Part shown: positions 20,055 through 30,853 of the stretch, in pieces
Layout: each line of letters begins with the position of its first letter
Position numbering within the stretch: the stretch's first letter is position 1
From: Bacillota bacterium
GTDB lineage: Bacteria; Bacillota; Sulfobacillia; Fermentithermobacillales; Fermentithermobacillaceae
Length of the DNA: 64,000 nucleotides
Reading direction: 5' to 3'
Assembly (NCBI GenBank): GCA_033809515.1
Contig: JAPXLN010000007.1
Location: forward strand, 9,348-73,347
The notes under the pieces: model-generated
Database searches by the model: none
The model's input: the letters and a program-made list of their open reading frames with translations, nothing else
Told to the model about the DNA's origin: nothing
Made by a program: the position numbers and the translations under genes

Positions 20055-21145
20055 CGTCAGAATCCACAGGAAAGGTCGCCCCGGTTCAGGTTCTCATAGC
20101 TGATGATTCGGCGCTCATGAGACATATGCTCAGAAAGGTCCTGACCGGTCACCCACTCATAAGAGTCATAGGCGAAGCTCGGGATGGTCGTGAAGCTGTG
20201 GAGAAGGCAGTCAGACTAAAGCCTGACGTACTGGTGTTGGACATTGAAATGCCTGAGCTTGATGGGATTTCGGCCCTCAGACAGATCATGGCAGAAAGTC
20301 CGCTGCCCGTGATCATGTTTTCCTGCCGGACCAAGAGAGGAGAAGGCGTTACCATGGAAGCTCTTAGCCTTGGGGCTGTGGATTTCGTGCCCAAGCCTGA
20401 ACTGAGAGTTAATGTGGACTCAGTTGCGGGCGAGCTGTGCAACAGGATAATGACGGCCGCCAAGGCCAGGCCGCGCCCTGCAGGGAGCAGCCGGGCCGCC
20501 GTGCACGCCAAGGGCCAGGTCTCAGCCAGGGGGTTAAATGCCACGACCCTTGCAGTCATCGGGTCGTCAGCCGGCGGACCCCAAGCCCTGGAGAACATAC
20601 TTCCTGCTCTTCCCGGCGATTTCACAGGCTCGGTGTTGGTGTGCCAGCATATGCCTTCTGGGTTTACAGCTTCCTTGGCTCGCAGGCTTGATTCCTTGTG
20701 TGTACTGGACGTGCGCGAAGCTCGTCACGGTGACAGGATTCTTCAGGGTACGGTCCTCATCGCCCCGGGAGGTTATCATCTGCGCATAAGAGGTGACCGC
20801 CGTGGGAACGGAGGTCACGTGGTAGGTCTTGACCCCGCGGACCCGGTGCACGGTGTCAGACCATCAGTGGATGTAACTCTGACTGAAGCGGGGCCTCTTT
20901 TTCGAGAGAAGCTCCTCGTCGTCATACTAACCGGCATGGGCATTGACGGCGTCCGGGGGGCCTGGGAGGCACGTAGCCATGGAGCCACTGTGCTGTGCCA
21001 GGACCGTGATACTTCGGTGGTATGGGGAATGCCCGGGGCGTGCGTGGAAGCAGGAGTATATGATCGGATCTTGCCCCTGGAATCCATTAGCAGGTTCATG
21101 GAGGGCTTCTCAGCCTCTTTGACAGAAGGGGGGCAGCTTACGTGA
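20042..21145 (+). CDS. cheB: Chemotaxis methylesterase CheB
   Basis: N-terminal receiver domain; GSSAGGP, QHM, RPSVD and LTGMGIDG. Confidence 0.95.
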   Translation: MQGIASESTGKVAPVQVLIADDSALMRHMLRKVLTGHPLIRVIGEARDGREAVEKAVRLKPDVLVLDIEMPELDGISALRQIMAESPLPVIMFSCRTKRGEGVTMEALSLGAVDFVPKPELRVNVDSVAGELCNRIMTAAKARPRPAGSSRAAVHAKGQVSARGLNATTLAVIGSSAGGPQALENILPALPGDFTGSVLVCQHMPSGFTASLARRLDSLCVLDVREARHGDRILQGTVLIAPGGYHLRIRGDRRGNGGHVVGLDPADPVHGVRPSVDVTLTEAGPLFREKLLVVILTGMGIDGVRGAWEARSHGATVLCQDRDTSVVWGMPGACVEAGVYDRILPLESISRFMEGFSASLTEGGQLT

Positions 21146-21960
21146 AGCTGCAAACACCGGCCAGGGATGACATAAGGACCTACGGGCCTAGCTACGTCTA
21201 TTTCTGCAGGAAAGTCAAGAACGTGTTGGGCATTGACCTTGCCGGCTATAAAGGACAGCAGATGCATCGAAGGCTGGATAGCTTGCGGATCAAACTGGAA
21301 ATGAGCGACTTCTACGCCCTTGCCAGGGCTTTGGAGAAAGACCGGGCTATTGCCTCGGAGGTGCTTGGTTTTGTCACAATCAATGTATCTGAGTTCTTCC
21401 GGAACCCTAGGCAGTGGGCGACTCTGCGAGAGAGAGTCCTTCCTGAAGTCTGCGTAAAACCCTACGGGGCTCTGAGGGCGTGGAGCGCAGGGTCTTCTGC
21501 AGGGCAAGAAGCATACTCGTTGGCCATATGTCTAGACCTGATGCTTCCGGGGCGTTTCAGCGTCCTTGCTACTGATATTGACCTGGTCTGTCTGGCTAGG
21601 GGCAAAGAGGGCCTGTACAGCAGACAGGAGGTCGACGGCGTTCCCGGGGGTGTTCTGTCTGAGTACTTCTCCCAGGAGGGACAGTCCTATCGGGTTAAGG
21701 ATCGCCTGAGACGAAATGTGATGTTTGGTAAGCACGACCTTCTTGGTTATAACTATCCGTCCGGGTTTCACCTGATCTTGTGTAGGAATGTTCTAATATA
21801 CTTTACAGGGGCGAGCAGGCACACTGTGGTCGAGAACCTGGTGGGCGCCATGAATAAAGGTGGGGTTCTGTTTACCGGCTCCACTGAAGCTCTGTTCGGA
21901 CCCCAAGACTACGGACTTACGCAGATCTATCCTTTTTTCTACCGGAAAACCATGCAGTGA
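21142..21960 (+). CDS. cheR: Chemotaxis methyltransferase CheR
   Basis: TINVSEFFRN, WSAGSSAGQEAYSL and ILCRNVLIYF. Confidence 0.95.
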   Translation: MKLQTPARDDIRTYGPSYVYFCRKVKNVLGIDLAGYKGQQMHRRLDSLRIKLEMSDFYALARALEKDRAIASEVLGFVTINVSEFFRNPRQWATLRERVLPEVCVKPYGALRAWSAGSSAGQEAYSLAICLDLMLPGRFSVLATDIDLVCLARGKEGLYSRQEVDGVPGGVLSEYFSQEGQSYRVKDRLRRNVMFGKHDLLGYNYPSGFHLILCRNVLIYFTGASRHTVVENLVGAMNKGGVLFTGSTEALFGPQDYGLTQIYPFFYRKTMQ

Positions 21961-21998
21961 CTTTGAAGAAACACCAGAACAATAAAGGGCGTGAGATC

Positions 21999-22472
21999 AT
22001 GTTCAAGGCAAGTCTGGTCAACCCCTTTCTGGAATCAGCCTACGCCTTTGTTCAAAACGAGCTTAGCATTGAGGTCAACCGGGGTCAGCTCAGATTGGAG
22101 CAGTTCAAAGCTACTTCAGGAGAGATCAACGTAGCTGTAGGCGTAACCGGAGACGCTGAAGGCATTGTTATCTACAGCATGTCGGAGAAGACTGCCAAAG
22201 GAGTAGCCGCGGAGATGATAGGTTCTCCGGTTCCTGTCTTCGACTCTCTGGCGGAGTCTGCCATAGGAGAGATGGGTAACATCATCACCGGTCAGGCAGC
22301 ATCAGGCCTAGAGCGCCAAGGGTATAGGTGCAGGTTAGCTCCTCCGACTATAATAACGGGAAGGGGAGTCATGATATCCACCCTCGATATTCAGAGGCTG
22401 GTAATTCCCCTGGAGCTTCCCCTGGGCCATGTGGAGATCTCTGTAGCTCTCAGGTACTATCCCAGAAGGTGA
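21999..22472 (+). CDS. cheX: CheY-P phosphatase CheX
   Basis: LVNPFLESA, GVTGDAEG and ESAIGEMGNIITG (ExxN motif). The ORF track starts at 21957; ATG 21999 is preferred. Confidence 0.9.
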   Translation: MFKASLVNPFLESAYAFVQNELSIEVNRGQLRLEQFKATSGEINVAVGVTGDAEGIVIYSMSEKTAKGVAAEMIGSPVPVFDSLAESAIGEMGNIITGQAASGLERQGYRCRLAPPTIITGRGVMISTLDIQRLVIPLELPLGHVEISVALRYYPRR

Positions 22473-22588
22473 GGGATAATGGGAGAATCTGCGTAGAACA
22501 AAAGGAGGTGAAACCTCGTCTAAAGTCGAAACAAGGCATGTTGCAGACCCAGGCGAATGCAGTGGGCCGCCGAAGATAGGAGAGCCAT

Positions 22589-23818
22589 ATGATGCCGGAG
22601 ACTTCAGGGAACGGTAGCACCCAGCCAAGCTTAGGCCGCGCTGAAAAGAGGGTGCAAAGAAGAAAGAGAGAAGCTATGATTGCTGGTGCATGTACTGTGT
22701 TCCTGGTAGCAGTTTCTGTGGTTGTAGCTACATTCTACGGGCTCATCCCAATCAATAACGGTGGATCCCATGGGCGTGACCCCGGGCTTGGGTCGTTGGT
22801 TCCCGAGGAAGACCCATGCGTTACGGCAATGGCTCCCCTTGAGCGCGCCCTACAGGTAAGGGGGGTTTACCTTACCATGGATACTGCCGGGACGCCTTCG
22901 AGAATGGGTTCCATTATACGGTTTGTCCGAAATAGTCCTGGGCTTAACGGCCTGGTTATAGACCTTAAGGATAATTCAGGAAAGGTGCCGTGCAAACCGC
23001 CTGATAACATAATCTCTCCGGCTGCCGGATATGGGCACTTTCCCGGCATAGTGTCAGCCTTGAAGCAGGAAGGATACTTCACCATAGCCCGGATAGTTGC
23101 GTTCCAGGATCCGTATATGGCGCAAGCTGTTCCTGAGCAGGCCATAAGGCGTTCTGATGGAAGTCTGTGGAGAGACCGTGACGGCAGGCTGTGGCTTAAT
23201 CCTTACGACAAAAGAAACTGGGAATACATGAAGGGTCTAGCTCTGTGGGCTTTGGATATGGGTTTTGATGAAATTCAGTTGGACTATGTCCGGTTTCCTG
23301 ACAGCGCTCGAAACCTGGAGACATCGGGAGTGATCATGCCCGGATGGGATGACTTTGAAAGCCGCGGAGAAGCTATAGTGGCCTTTTTGGAGTACATGGG
23401 GCAAGCTGTGGAAGGTAAGGCATACTTGAGCGCTGACATATTCGGTTTTACTACCATTGCCACAGATGACATGGGGATTGGGCAGAAGCTGGAGGACGTA
23501 GCTTCTGCTGTGGATTTCATCTGTCCAATGGTGTATCCTTCACACTACTACAACGCCGGCATATACGGCTTTGAGGTTCCTGAGGCCCATCCCTATGAAG
23601 TCGTTCGCATGGCAATGGAAGAAGCTAAAGAGCGCACTTCAGGCCTGAAGGCACAGATCCGGCCCTGGTTGCAGGATTTCTCCTATCGCATCAAATACGG
23701 TCCGGACGAGGTTCAGGGCCAGATTCAAGCTACCTTTGAAAGCGGCCTGAATACCTTTATCCTGTGGAATCCCGCCAATGTCTACACCAAAGGGGTTACC
23801 TACGCGCCACCCCAGTGA
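22589..23818 (+). CDS. Membrane-anchored putative glycoside hydrolase (DUF4015-like)
   Basis: N-terminal TM; VRGVYLT, IARIVAFQD, GFDEIQLDYVRFP, PMVYPSH and RPWLQDF. Confidence 0.8.
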   Translation: MMPETSGNGSTQPSLGRAEKRVQRRKREAMIAGACTVFLVAVSVVVATFYGLIPINNGGSHGRDPGLGSLVPEEDPCVTAMAPLERALQVRGVYLTMDTAGTPSRMGSIIRFVRNSPGLNGLVIDLKDNSGKVPCKPPDNIISPAAGYGHFPGIVSALKQEGYFTIARIVAFQDPYMAQAVPEQAIRRSDGSLWRDRDGRLWLNPYDKRNWEYMKGLALWALDMGFDEIQLDYVRFPDSARNLETSGVIMPGWDDFESRGEAIVAFLEYMGQAVEGKAYLSADIFGFTTIATDDMGIGQKLEDVASAVDFICPMVYPSHYYNAGIYGFEVPEAHPYEVVRMAMEEAKERTSGLKAQIRPWLQDFSYRIKYGPDEVQGQIQATFESGLNTFILWNPANVYTKGVTYAPPQ

Positions 23819-23822
23819 CAGC

Positions 23823-25349
<1,527 letters not shown>

Positions 25350-25443
25350 CATCGAAATTGTTGGTGGATTTACCTTCAGGGGTATTGCAGGTAGAATTTC
25401 GGCAGAGAAGGTAGGTGAATGGAGCGTGTTAGGAGTCAGAGCT

Positions 25444-26727
25444 GTGTACCGTAAGATCAAGAAGTCTTGTCTTGACCGTAAGGTTCATCCTGTCAGGCGG
25501 ATTGATAAGGTGGCGCCTCCGCCGGGAAAGAGGGTGGTGGCAATAACCTTTGATGACGGTCCCTGCGCAGGACCCGCACATCCGTCTCAAGAGCAGGTGA
25601 CTACCATGATTCTCCATGCTTTGAGAGAGTTTGGAGCCAGAGGCACCTTTGACGTTATAGGTACAACGGCCCTTAAGTACCCTGATGAACGGGGAAAGGC
25701 AGGGGGTCCTTACTGGAATGGAGTGTATTTCGACCACTACCCGGCATTTGGCGAAGACTCTCTGGCAGGTGTTGTTAACCAGAGGGATCTGGCCAAGAAG
25801 ATGGTAGACCAGGGCCACGAGCTCTCTAACCATGGGTTTACTCACATGGCTTTTGGACCGTGCCGGTATCCCTACGCACGTAGGCGGTACCTTCCCGGGT
25901 TTCAGGCGGTTCTTGCGGATCTTGCTGCCCTCCACGACACTGTTCGGGATGTAACCGGTTTCTCTATGAGGCTAGCCAGGCCACCCCATTACATAGACAG
26001 AATACAAGGTGGATTTGATGCATACGATGCCTACCGGGTTATGGACTACCTCTATTTGGGAGCTGGGTTTGATGGCGGAGGCTGGAAACCTTCTACCGGT
26101 GATTTTGACCGTGATGTAGAGGAAATGGTAGCTCCCCTTAGGTCTGCTCTTGAGAAGGATCCTGACGCACTCAACGGGTCTATCATCTTCCACAAGGATG
26201 GCTATAACATGTCCAAAGAGGCGCCGGCCCCTTTTGGGCTCAGACTCCAGCTGGGAGTTCTCAAGAGGTACGACTACCAGGTTGTCACGGTTTCTGAGCT
26301 GTTGCAGTTGTCTGAGTTCACCGACATAGGTCCGGACCATCCTTGTTACCTTGCGGCCTCAGCTATGTCGAGGGCCGGGTTCCCTGTGGCTTTTGCAGGC
26401 AACTGCGTGAAGCCTGACGATCCGGTTACTCTGAAGGACTTTGCAGTGCTCTGTATTCCGCGCACAGGATTTCCCGCAGGATGGGAAACCATGCCTCATC
26501 TTGTTTTGACTGAGGGAGGGCACGCAAGGGCTGCTGTTTCGGGCAAGCTGCAGCCAGAGCACGTGCAGCGTGCCTGTATACGGTTTCTTCAGACAGCGCC
26601 CATTGGCGAGGAAGAGCGGATAAGAAGAACCTCTCTCATTTTGCAGCTCAGGGATTTGACTGCATCCGGGCCCATCACCCGGGGTAGGGCAATATCCTTT
26701 CTTAGTGCGACGTTTCTGGGGATCTGA
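25444..26727 (+). CDS. Polysaccharide deacetylase (CE4) with a C-terminal SLH-like repeat
   Basis: TFDDGP, NHGFTH, ARPPH and IIFH motifs. GTG 25444 follows SD AGGAG; the ORF track starts at 25339. Confidence 0.85.
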   Translation: MYRKIKKSCLDRKVHPVRRIDKVAPPPGKRVVAITFDDGPCAGPAHPSQEQVTTMILHALREFGARGTFDVIGTTALKYPDERGKAGGPYWNGVYFDHYPAFGEDSLAGVVNQRDLAKKMVDQGHELSNHGFTHMAFGPCRYPYARRRYLPGFQAVLADLAALHDTVRDVTGFSMRLARPPHYIDRIQGGFDAYDAYRVMDYLYLGAGFDGGGWKPSTGDFDRDVEEMVAPLRSALEKDPDALNGSIIFHKDGYNMSKEAPAPFGLRLQLGVLKRYDYQVVTVSELLQLSEFTDIGPDHPCYLAASAMSRAGFPVAFAGNCVKPDDPVTLKDFAVLCIPRTGFPAGWETMPHLVLTEGGHARAAVSGKLQPEHVQRACIRFLQTAPIGEEERIRRTSLILQLRDLTASGPITRGRAISFLSATFLGI

Positions 26728-27050
26728 CATTCATTCCAAACCGGAAAGGAGTAGGGAGGCATGCTGAGGACCCAGGCTGTTTCCGAATTGCGGGAAATGA
26801 CGGCGTAACTGACGTAGGCAATGTTACCTGGATTACCCCATGCATTCAGATAGGTTTTGCCATAACTGAAGCCAGAGGGCATTCCAGAGAAATGGCTCTT
26901 TCAACCGTTACGCCAAGAGGGATTCAGGGAGCTTTGACTGCTGCCAAGGTCCTAGCTCTTTGTGGGGCAGAACTGATTTGCGATCCCGGCATATTGCTGG
27001 AATGCAAAGAGCGCTTGCTAAAGAAGGGTCTGCAGGAGAACCCCGGATGA
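26706..27050 (+). pseudogene. C-terminal remnant of an M20 amidohydrolase (AbgB/Acy1L2-like)
   Basis: Open frame with no usable start, not in the ORF track: ...GVTDVGNVTWITPCIQIGFAITEARGHSREMALSTVTPRGIQGALTAAKVLALCGAELICDPGILLECKERL... It matches the GSTDxGNVS...HxREF...AAKALA...DPELL C-terminus of this family. Confidence 0.72.
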
Positions 27051-27060
27051 CGACGAATAT
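27032..27060 (+). promoter_or_regulatory. Sigma-H-type promoter upstream of the GlmL-like/ABC operon
   Basis: GCAGGAGAA-11-GACGAATAT versus the consensus RnAGGAWWW-11/12-RnnGAATww. A TGTCGAA (Spo0A-box-like) sequence follows at 27078-27084. Confidence 0.5.
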
Positions 27061-27107
27061 GATGAGGATAGTTTGTATGTCGAAAGATTGTGTTGTTTGG
27101 GGGGTTC

Positions 27108-27830
27108 ATGTTGGACAGTCCTATCCTACGAACCGTTAACTTAAGGAAGTCTTTTTTCCTGGGCCGTACTATATACGCTGTTAATGACGTCAACCTTGCG
27201 GTCGATAAGGGCGAATTTGTGGTTTTGATGGGCCCTTCAGGAAGCGGCAAGAGCACCCTGCTTTCGCTTTTGGGCGGACTGGACAGACCCGACAGCGGCG
27301 ATGTCATCCTGGACGGACAAAGGTACGGAACTCTGTCTGAAAGCGGACTTGCCAGGATTCGCCGGCACAGAGTCGGGTTTGTCTTTCAGTTTTTCAACCT
27401 TATTGCTCACCTTACTGCCCTGGAAAACGTCATGCTTCCCATGCGTTTTGGCAAGCAGGGCAAAAGGGCCATGGAAGAGCGGGCCAGCTACCTTCTTGAG
27501 TCAGTGGGCCTGGCTGATAGGATGAACCATAAACCTTTGGAGCTCTCGGGCGGGGAGCAACAGAGGGTAGCCATTGCCCGGGCTCTAGCCAACGACCCGA
27601 GTGTAGTACTTGCCGACGAACCTACAGGCAACCTGGATTCCGCTACGTCTCAGGAGATCGGTGACATATTTCGCCGGCTTAATGAGGAAAACGGCCAGAC
27701 CTTCATAGTAGTATCCCATGATCCCCTAATCAAGACATGGTCCCATCGAGTCGTGGAGATGCTTGACGGTGAGATTGTGAGTTCCGCATTGGGTGGCAGA
27801 ACCAGAAGCACCAGATTGCCTGCTGGATAG
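27108..27830 (+). CDS. ABC transporter ATP-binding protein (MacB/LolD type)
   Basis: [37 protein letters not shown] and VSHD. Confidence 0.95.
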   Translation: MLDSPILRTVNLRKSFFLGRTIYAVNDVNLAVDKGEFVVLMGPSGSGKSTLLSLLGGLDRPDSGDVILDGQRYGTLSESGLARIRRHRVGFVFQFFNLIAHLTALENVMLPMRFGKQGKRAMEERASYLLESVGLADRMNHKPLELSGGEQQRVAIARALANDPSVVLADEPTGNLDSATSQEIGDIFRRLNEENGQTFIVVSHDPLIKTWSHRVVEMLDGEIVSSALGGRTRSTRLPAG

Positions 27831-27844
27831 TGGAGGTGGAGTGA

Positions 27845-29578
27845 TTGCCCAAGGATGTTTTGCACGTGGATTTGGGTAGCGTAGTATCCAGAGCGAGCCT
27901 TCTGGAGGTTGTTTCAGATCGTCCGGTACTCAAGGAATCGGGGATCTGTCTGGTCCCCCAAGACCGGCAGGATGGGGAGTCTTTGAGACTGGAGACAATC
28001 CTTGGCGGAATCGAGGACAGGCTGAAAGCTCAGGGGAAGGCGTTTTCACCCGACAAGGTATTGGTGACTTTGAGCGCCCGGGGTGAGCCCCGAGCTGTCT
28101 GCGCCGGGGTTGTCAGGGGAATATCGGGTGAGTCGGCCAAACGCGCAGCTCTGTGTGCAGGAGCTACTGTGACCGATGTTCTTGCAGTCGATGACGGGAG
28201 GCACGATTCTGAAAGAGTATCGGATCTGCGCCGCCAGGACGTGACAATGGCCCTTTTTGCAGGTGGAGTTGATGAGAACATCCTGGGGTCAGGAAGGCAT
28301 CAGCTGTTCAGCATGGCAAGGATTCTAGCTCAGGGACTCCCCAGAAGGCGGGGCGGTTCTCGCAAGATTCCCCTGGTATATGCAGCTTCCCTGGAGGGGC
28401 GTGAGGAAGTTCAGAGAATTCTCGGGGAAGAAACAGATATTTTCTGGGCCGATAACGTAAGAGCTACGTTGGAAGAAGAGCGTCTTGACTCAGCCAGACA
28501 AGCTATGGTTGATATTTTCGCCGACCATGTGAGGCATGCTCCCGAATTTGGGGAGCTGGGCAAGCTTGGTTCGCCGGCGGTTCTTCCCAGCGGTCATGCC
28601 CTTGGTTGTGCCCTTGAAGCTATGTATGAAAACTGCGGCCAGAACCTTCTGGGTTTCTCGCTGGACGGTGACGTTGTACAGGTATTCTCGAACATAGACG
28701 GAGTATTCACCCGTACAGTGACGGGCATCGATAAGGTGGACCCCCGCAAGGCAGTAAGATGGCTTCCAGGAAGCAGCCTTGTGCCTCATGCTTCCGACGC
28801 AGTCAGCAATTTCAAACTCCGCCCATGGATGGTGCCGTCTTCCTGGGATGAGCTTGCTCTGTTCCTTGCCCTTTGGAAAGAAGCTATCAGAGAAGCTGTA
28901 GAGGAGCATAAGAAAAGCGCCGTGGAGCTTCGAGGTATCCCCAGGAAGAGGGAGATCTCTGAGGCGTTCCAGGTAAAGGTGTCAGGAGGTGACACCCTCA
29001 TCAAGGCCCAGAGAATTAGAGCAGTGGTCCTCTCAGGCTACGTTTCAGACATGCTTTCAGACAGCGCTCTTCTCTCGGTTGCCCTGGATGGTGTTCCCCT
29101 CAGCGGGTTTACCAGGTATTACAGGGATGCAGGAAACCTTCTGACATTTGCAGGATCTGTAAGCGGCCAGGAGTTTGTTGACCTGGAGACCTGTATGCGT
29201 CCTCTTGCTTTTGTGGCCAGTCCGGGCCCTCATGAGCAAAAGGTAAGAAGCAAGTGGGCTATTCTTCGAAAAGGCACCGAGACTGAAACTCTGCCTGTGA
29301 AGCCTGGCGAGATCGTACAGGCTTCCCTGGATGATTTCGGGGAAGCAAGCATCGTTTTGCAGCCGTCTCGAGGCGAGGATCTTGGTGAGGGAGAAGGCAG
29401 GCACGTAGAGACCCGGGTGGAACCCGGGTTTCCCGGATTGTACCTGGATTGCAGGCCCCGCCCGGCCGTCAGCGCAGCAGAGAAGGCCGGTATGGGCGCC
29501 GTACAGAAATGGTACAGGAATCTTGGGGTATTTCCAGAGAGAATCCTCTCTGACTGGTCGAGGGGGGAAGACCGGTGA
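27845..29578 (+). CDS. Glutamate mutase L (GlmL/MutL)-like ASKHA-fold protein, degenerate paralog
   Basis: Colinear with 36537..38339 (AALCAGATVTDVLAVDDGR vs AALGAGAIVGDVIALDDSR; LEELRGIPRKRE-like vs LKGIRPKRE), but the phosphate loops are degenerate. Confidence 0.75.
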   Translation: MPKDVLHVDLGSVVSRASLLEVVSDRPVLKESGICLVPQDRQDGESLRLETILGGIEDRLKAQGKAFSPDKVLVTLSARGEPRAVCAGVVRGISGESAKRAALCAGATVTDVLAVDDGRHDSERVSDLRRQDVTMALFAGGVDENILGSGRHQLFSMARILAQGLPRRRGGSRKIPLVYAASLEGREEVQRILGEETDIFWADNVRATLEEERLDSARQAMVDIFADHVRHAPEFGELGKLGSPAVLPSGHALGCALEAMYENCGQNLLGFSLDGDVVQVFSNIDGVFTRTVTGIDKVDPRKAVRWLPGSSLVPHASDAVSNFKLRPWMVPSSWDELALFLALWKEAIREAVEEHKKSAVELRGIPRKREISEAFQVKVSGGDTLIKAQRIRAVVLSGYVSDMLSDSALLSVALDGVPLSGFTRYYRDAGNLLTFAGSVSGQEFVDLETCMRPLAFVASPGPHEQKVRSKWAILRKGTETETLPVKPGEIVQASLDDFGEASIVLQPSRGEDLGEGEGRHVETRVEPGFPGLYLDCRPRPAVSAAEKAGMGAVQKWYRNLGVFPERILSDWSRGEDR

Positions 29579-30780
29579 GTCTGAGTTTACTTTGGGATCC
29601 AAAGGTAAGAAGAGGCCTTCGCTTTACCCGGTTGAGACCGTTCCTGGCCACAGGTGAGCTGAGCGTCTCTCCCGGCCAGGAGGTTTCCTGGGATACTGCT
29701 TTGGGGTCTTTCTCACCCAGTCAAAGGCTGAGGAGTGTTAGAGTAGAAGCTTCTGATGAGTCAATCACTGCTACTGTCCTTGTGGAAGAAGGCAAACAGG
29801 TCAAGCGCGGTGAGGTTCTTGCCTACTACTCCTACCTTTTCGGACTGGGGTACACTGAGTACATCTCGCCCTGCGATGGGGAGGTAGTAAGCGTCAGCCA
29901 GCGGTTAGGCCTTATCTCCATAAAGGAGGCTCCTGTGTCCCTGATTAGCCATCTCCCGGGCCGGGTTAAGACGGCCGAGGAAGCCTGGGGGGCCTGGGTG
30001 GAGTCAGAGGGCGACTTGCTGGAAGGGGCGGTAGGCGCCGGGCACGGCAGGTCCGGCATTCTGAACATCAAAGTTCAAGAACCCGGCAAGTCATTGCCAG
30101 GGTCCGCCATCAAGCCTGAGGATGCAGGAACAGTCGTGGTAACCGGTGGCGCAGCCACTCAGGACCTACTGGAAGCTTGTCTTCGCTACAGGGTGGCGGG
30201 GCTCATTGCGGGGGGAGTGAGTTACCGGGTCTTTCAATGGTACAGTGAGCTTGTAGAAACCCTTGACTGGGATGAATTTCTGGCTAGGTACTGGGCCAGG
30301 GATGCAAAAAGACCTGATACAGCTCCTTCTCCTATTGAGATCGTCCCTACCCTGGTTGTTACGGAAGGGTACGGTGAAGTGCCCATAGGCCAGGATGCTT
30401 TTGGGATGCTATCTGAGCATGCAAACCGTTCCGTTTTTGTGGACGGTGCCGGAAAACCTGGCAGATCCGGGTACGGTACGCCGAGACCCTGTGTCTTCAT
30501 TCCGGTGGAGGGGAAGACTGAGGACTCAGAAAGGGCAGCTATTCCAAGATCCCTAGCAGTTGACTGGGTGCAGGGCCAACCCAGAATTCCCGGAAGGGTT
30601 GCTCCCGGTGAGGCGGTTACCGTAATCGACATGTCCGGAAAAAGACAACCAGGTGTTCTGGTTGAATCTACTCCCCGGGAGATGGTCTTGGACAATGGAG
30701 TAGAGGCCTATTGCGTTAGAGTGCAAATGCCCGGCGGAGCTTTAAGGACTGTTCCTGTCTTCAACCTGATTTTGGAGTAG
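29575..30780 (+). CDS. Uncharacterised GlmL-partner protein with a barrel-sandwich-hybrid-like segment, paralog 1
   Basis: VEEGKQVKRGEVLA...SPCDGEVVSVS, TEGYGEVPI and a C-terminal KOW/SH3-like end; paralogous to 38347..39723. Confidence 0.65.
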   Translation: MSLSLLWDPKVRRGLRFTRLRPFLATGELSVSPGQEVSWDTALGSFSPSQRLRSVRVEASDESITATVLVEEGKQVKRGEVLAYYSYLFGLGYTEYISPCDGEVVSVSQRLGLISIKEAPVSLISHLPGRVKTAEEAWGAWVESEGDLLEGAVGAGHGRSGILNIKVQEPGKSLPGSAIKPEDAGTVVVTGGAATQDLLEACLRYRVAGLIAGGVSYRVFQWYSELVETLDWDEFLARYWARDAKRPDTAPSPIEIVPTLVVTEGYGEVPIGQDAFGMLSEHANRSVFVDGAGKPGRSGYGTPRPCVFIPVEGKTEDSERAAIPRSLAVDWVQGQPRIPGRVAPGEAVTVIDMSGKRQPGVLVESTPREMVLDNGVEAYCVRVQMPGGALRTVPVFNLILE

Positions 30781-30853
30781 TGTTAATGTACAGTGGCCCA
30801 GTGAGAGTCATGACGCGCCGGGAGGTCTGGTTGGGCAGGAGCGGTTTGGTCAC

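Noticed and set aside
22328-22588. Orphan perfect SD (22502-22510) and an upstream in-frame ORF ending in TAG three codons before the DUF4015-like gene (amber read-through?)
   Set aside because: The downstream gene has its own SD (TAGGAGAG) at normal spacing, and no pyrrolysine machinery is present in the window.
26761-26808. 15-codon ORF with a strong SD as an attenuator leader peptide
   Set aside because: No run of regulatory codons or terminator/antiterminator pair; better explained as the leftover start of the deleted M20 gene.
26730-27100. Cobalamin or c-di-GMP riboswitch upstream of the GlmL-like operon
   Set aside because: Only isolated short matches (AGCCAG; GGCAAAACC on the minus strand). 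The region is explained by the M20 coding remnant.
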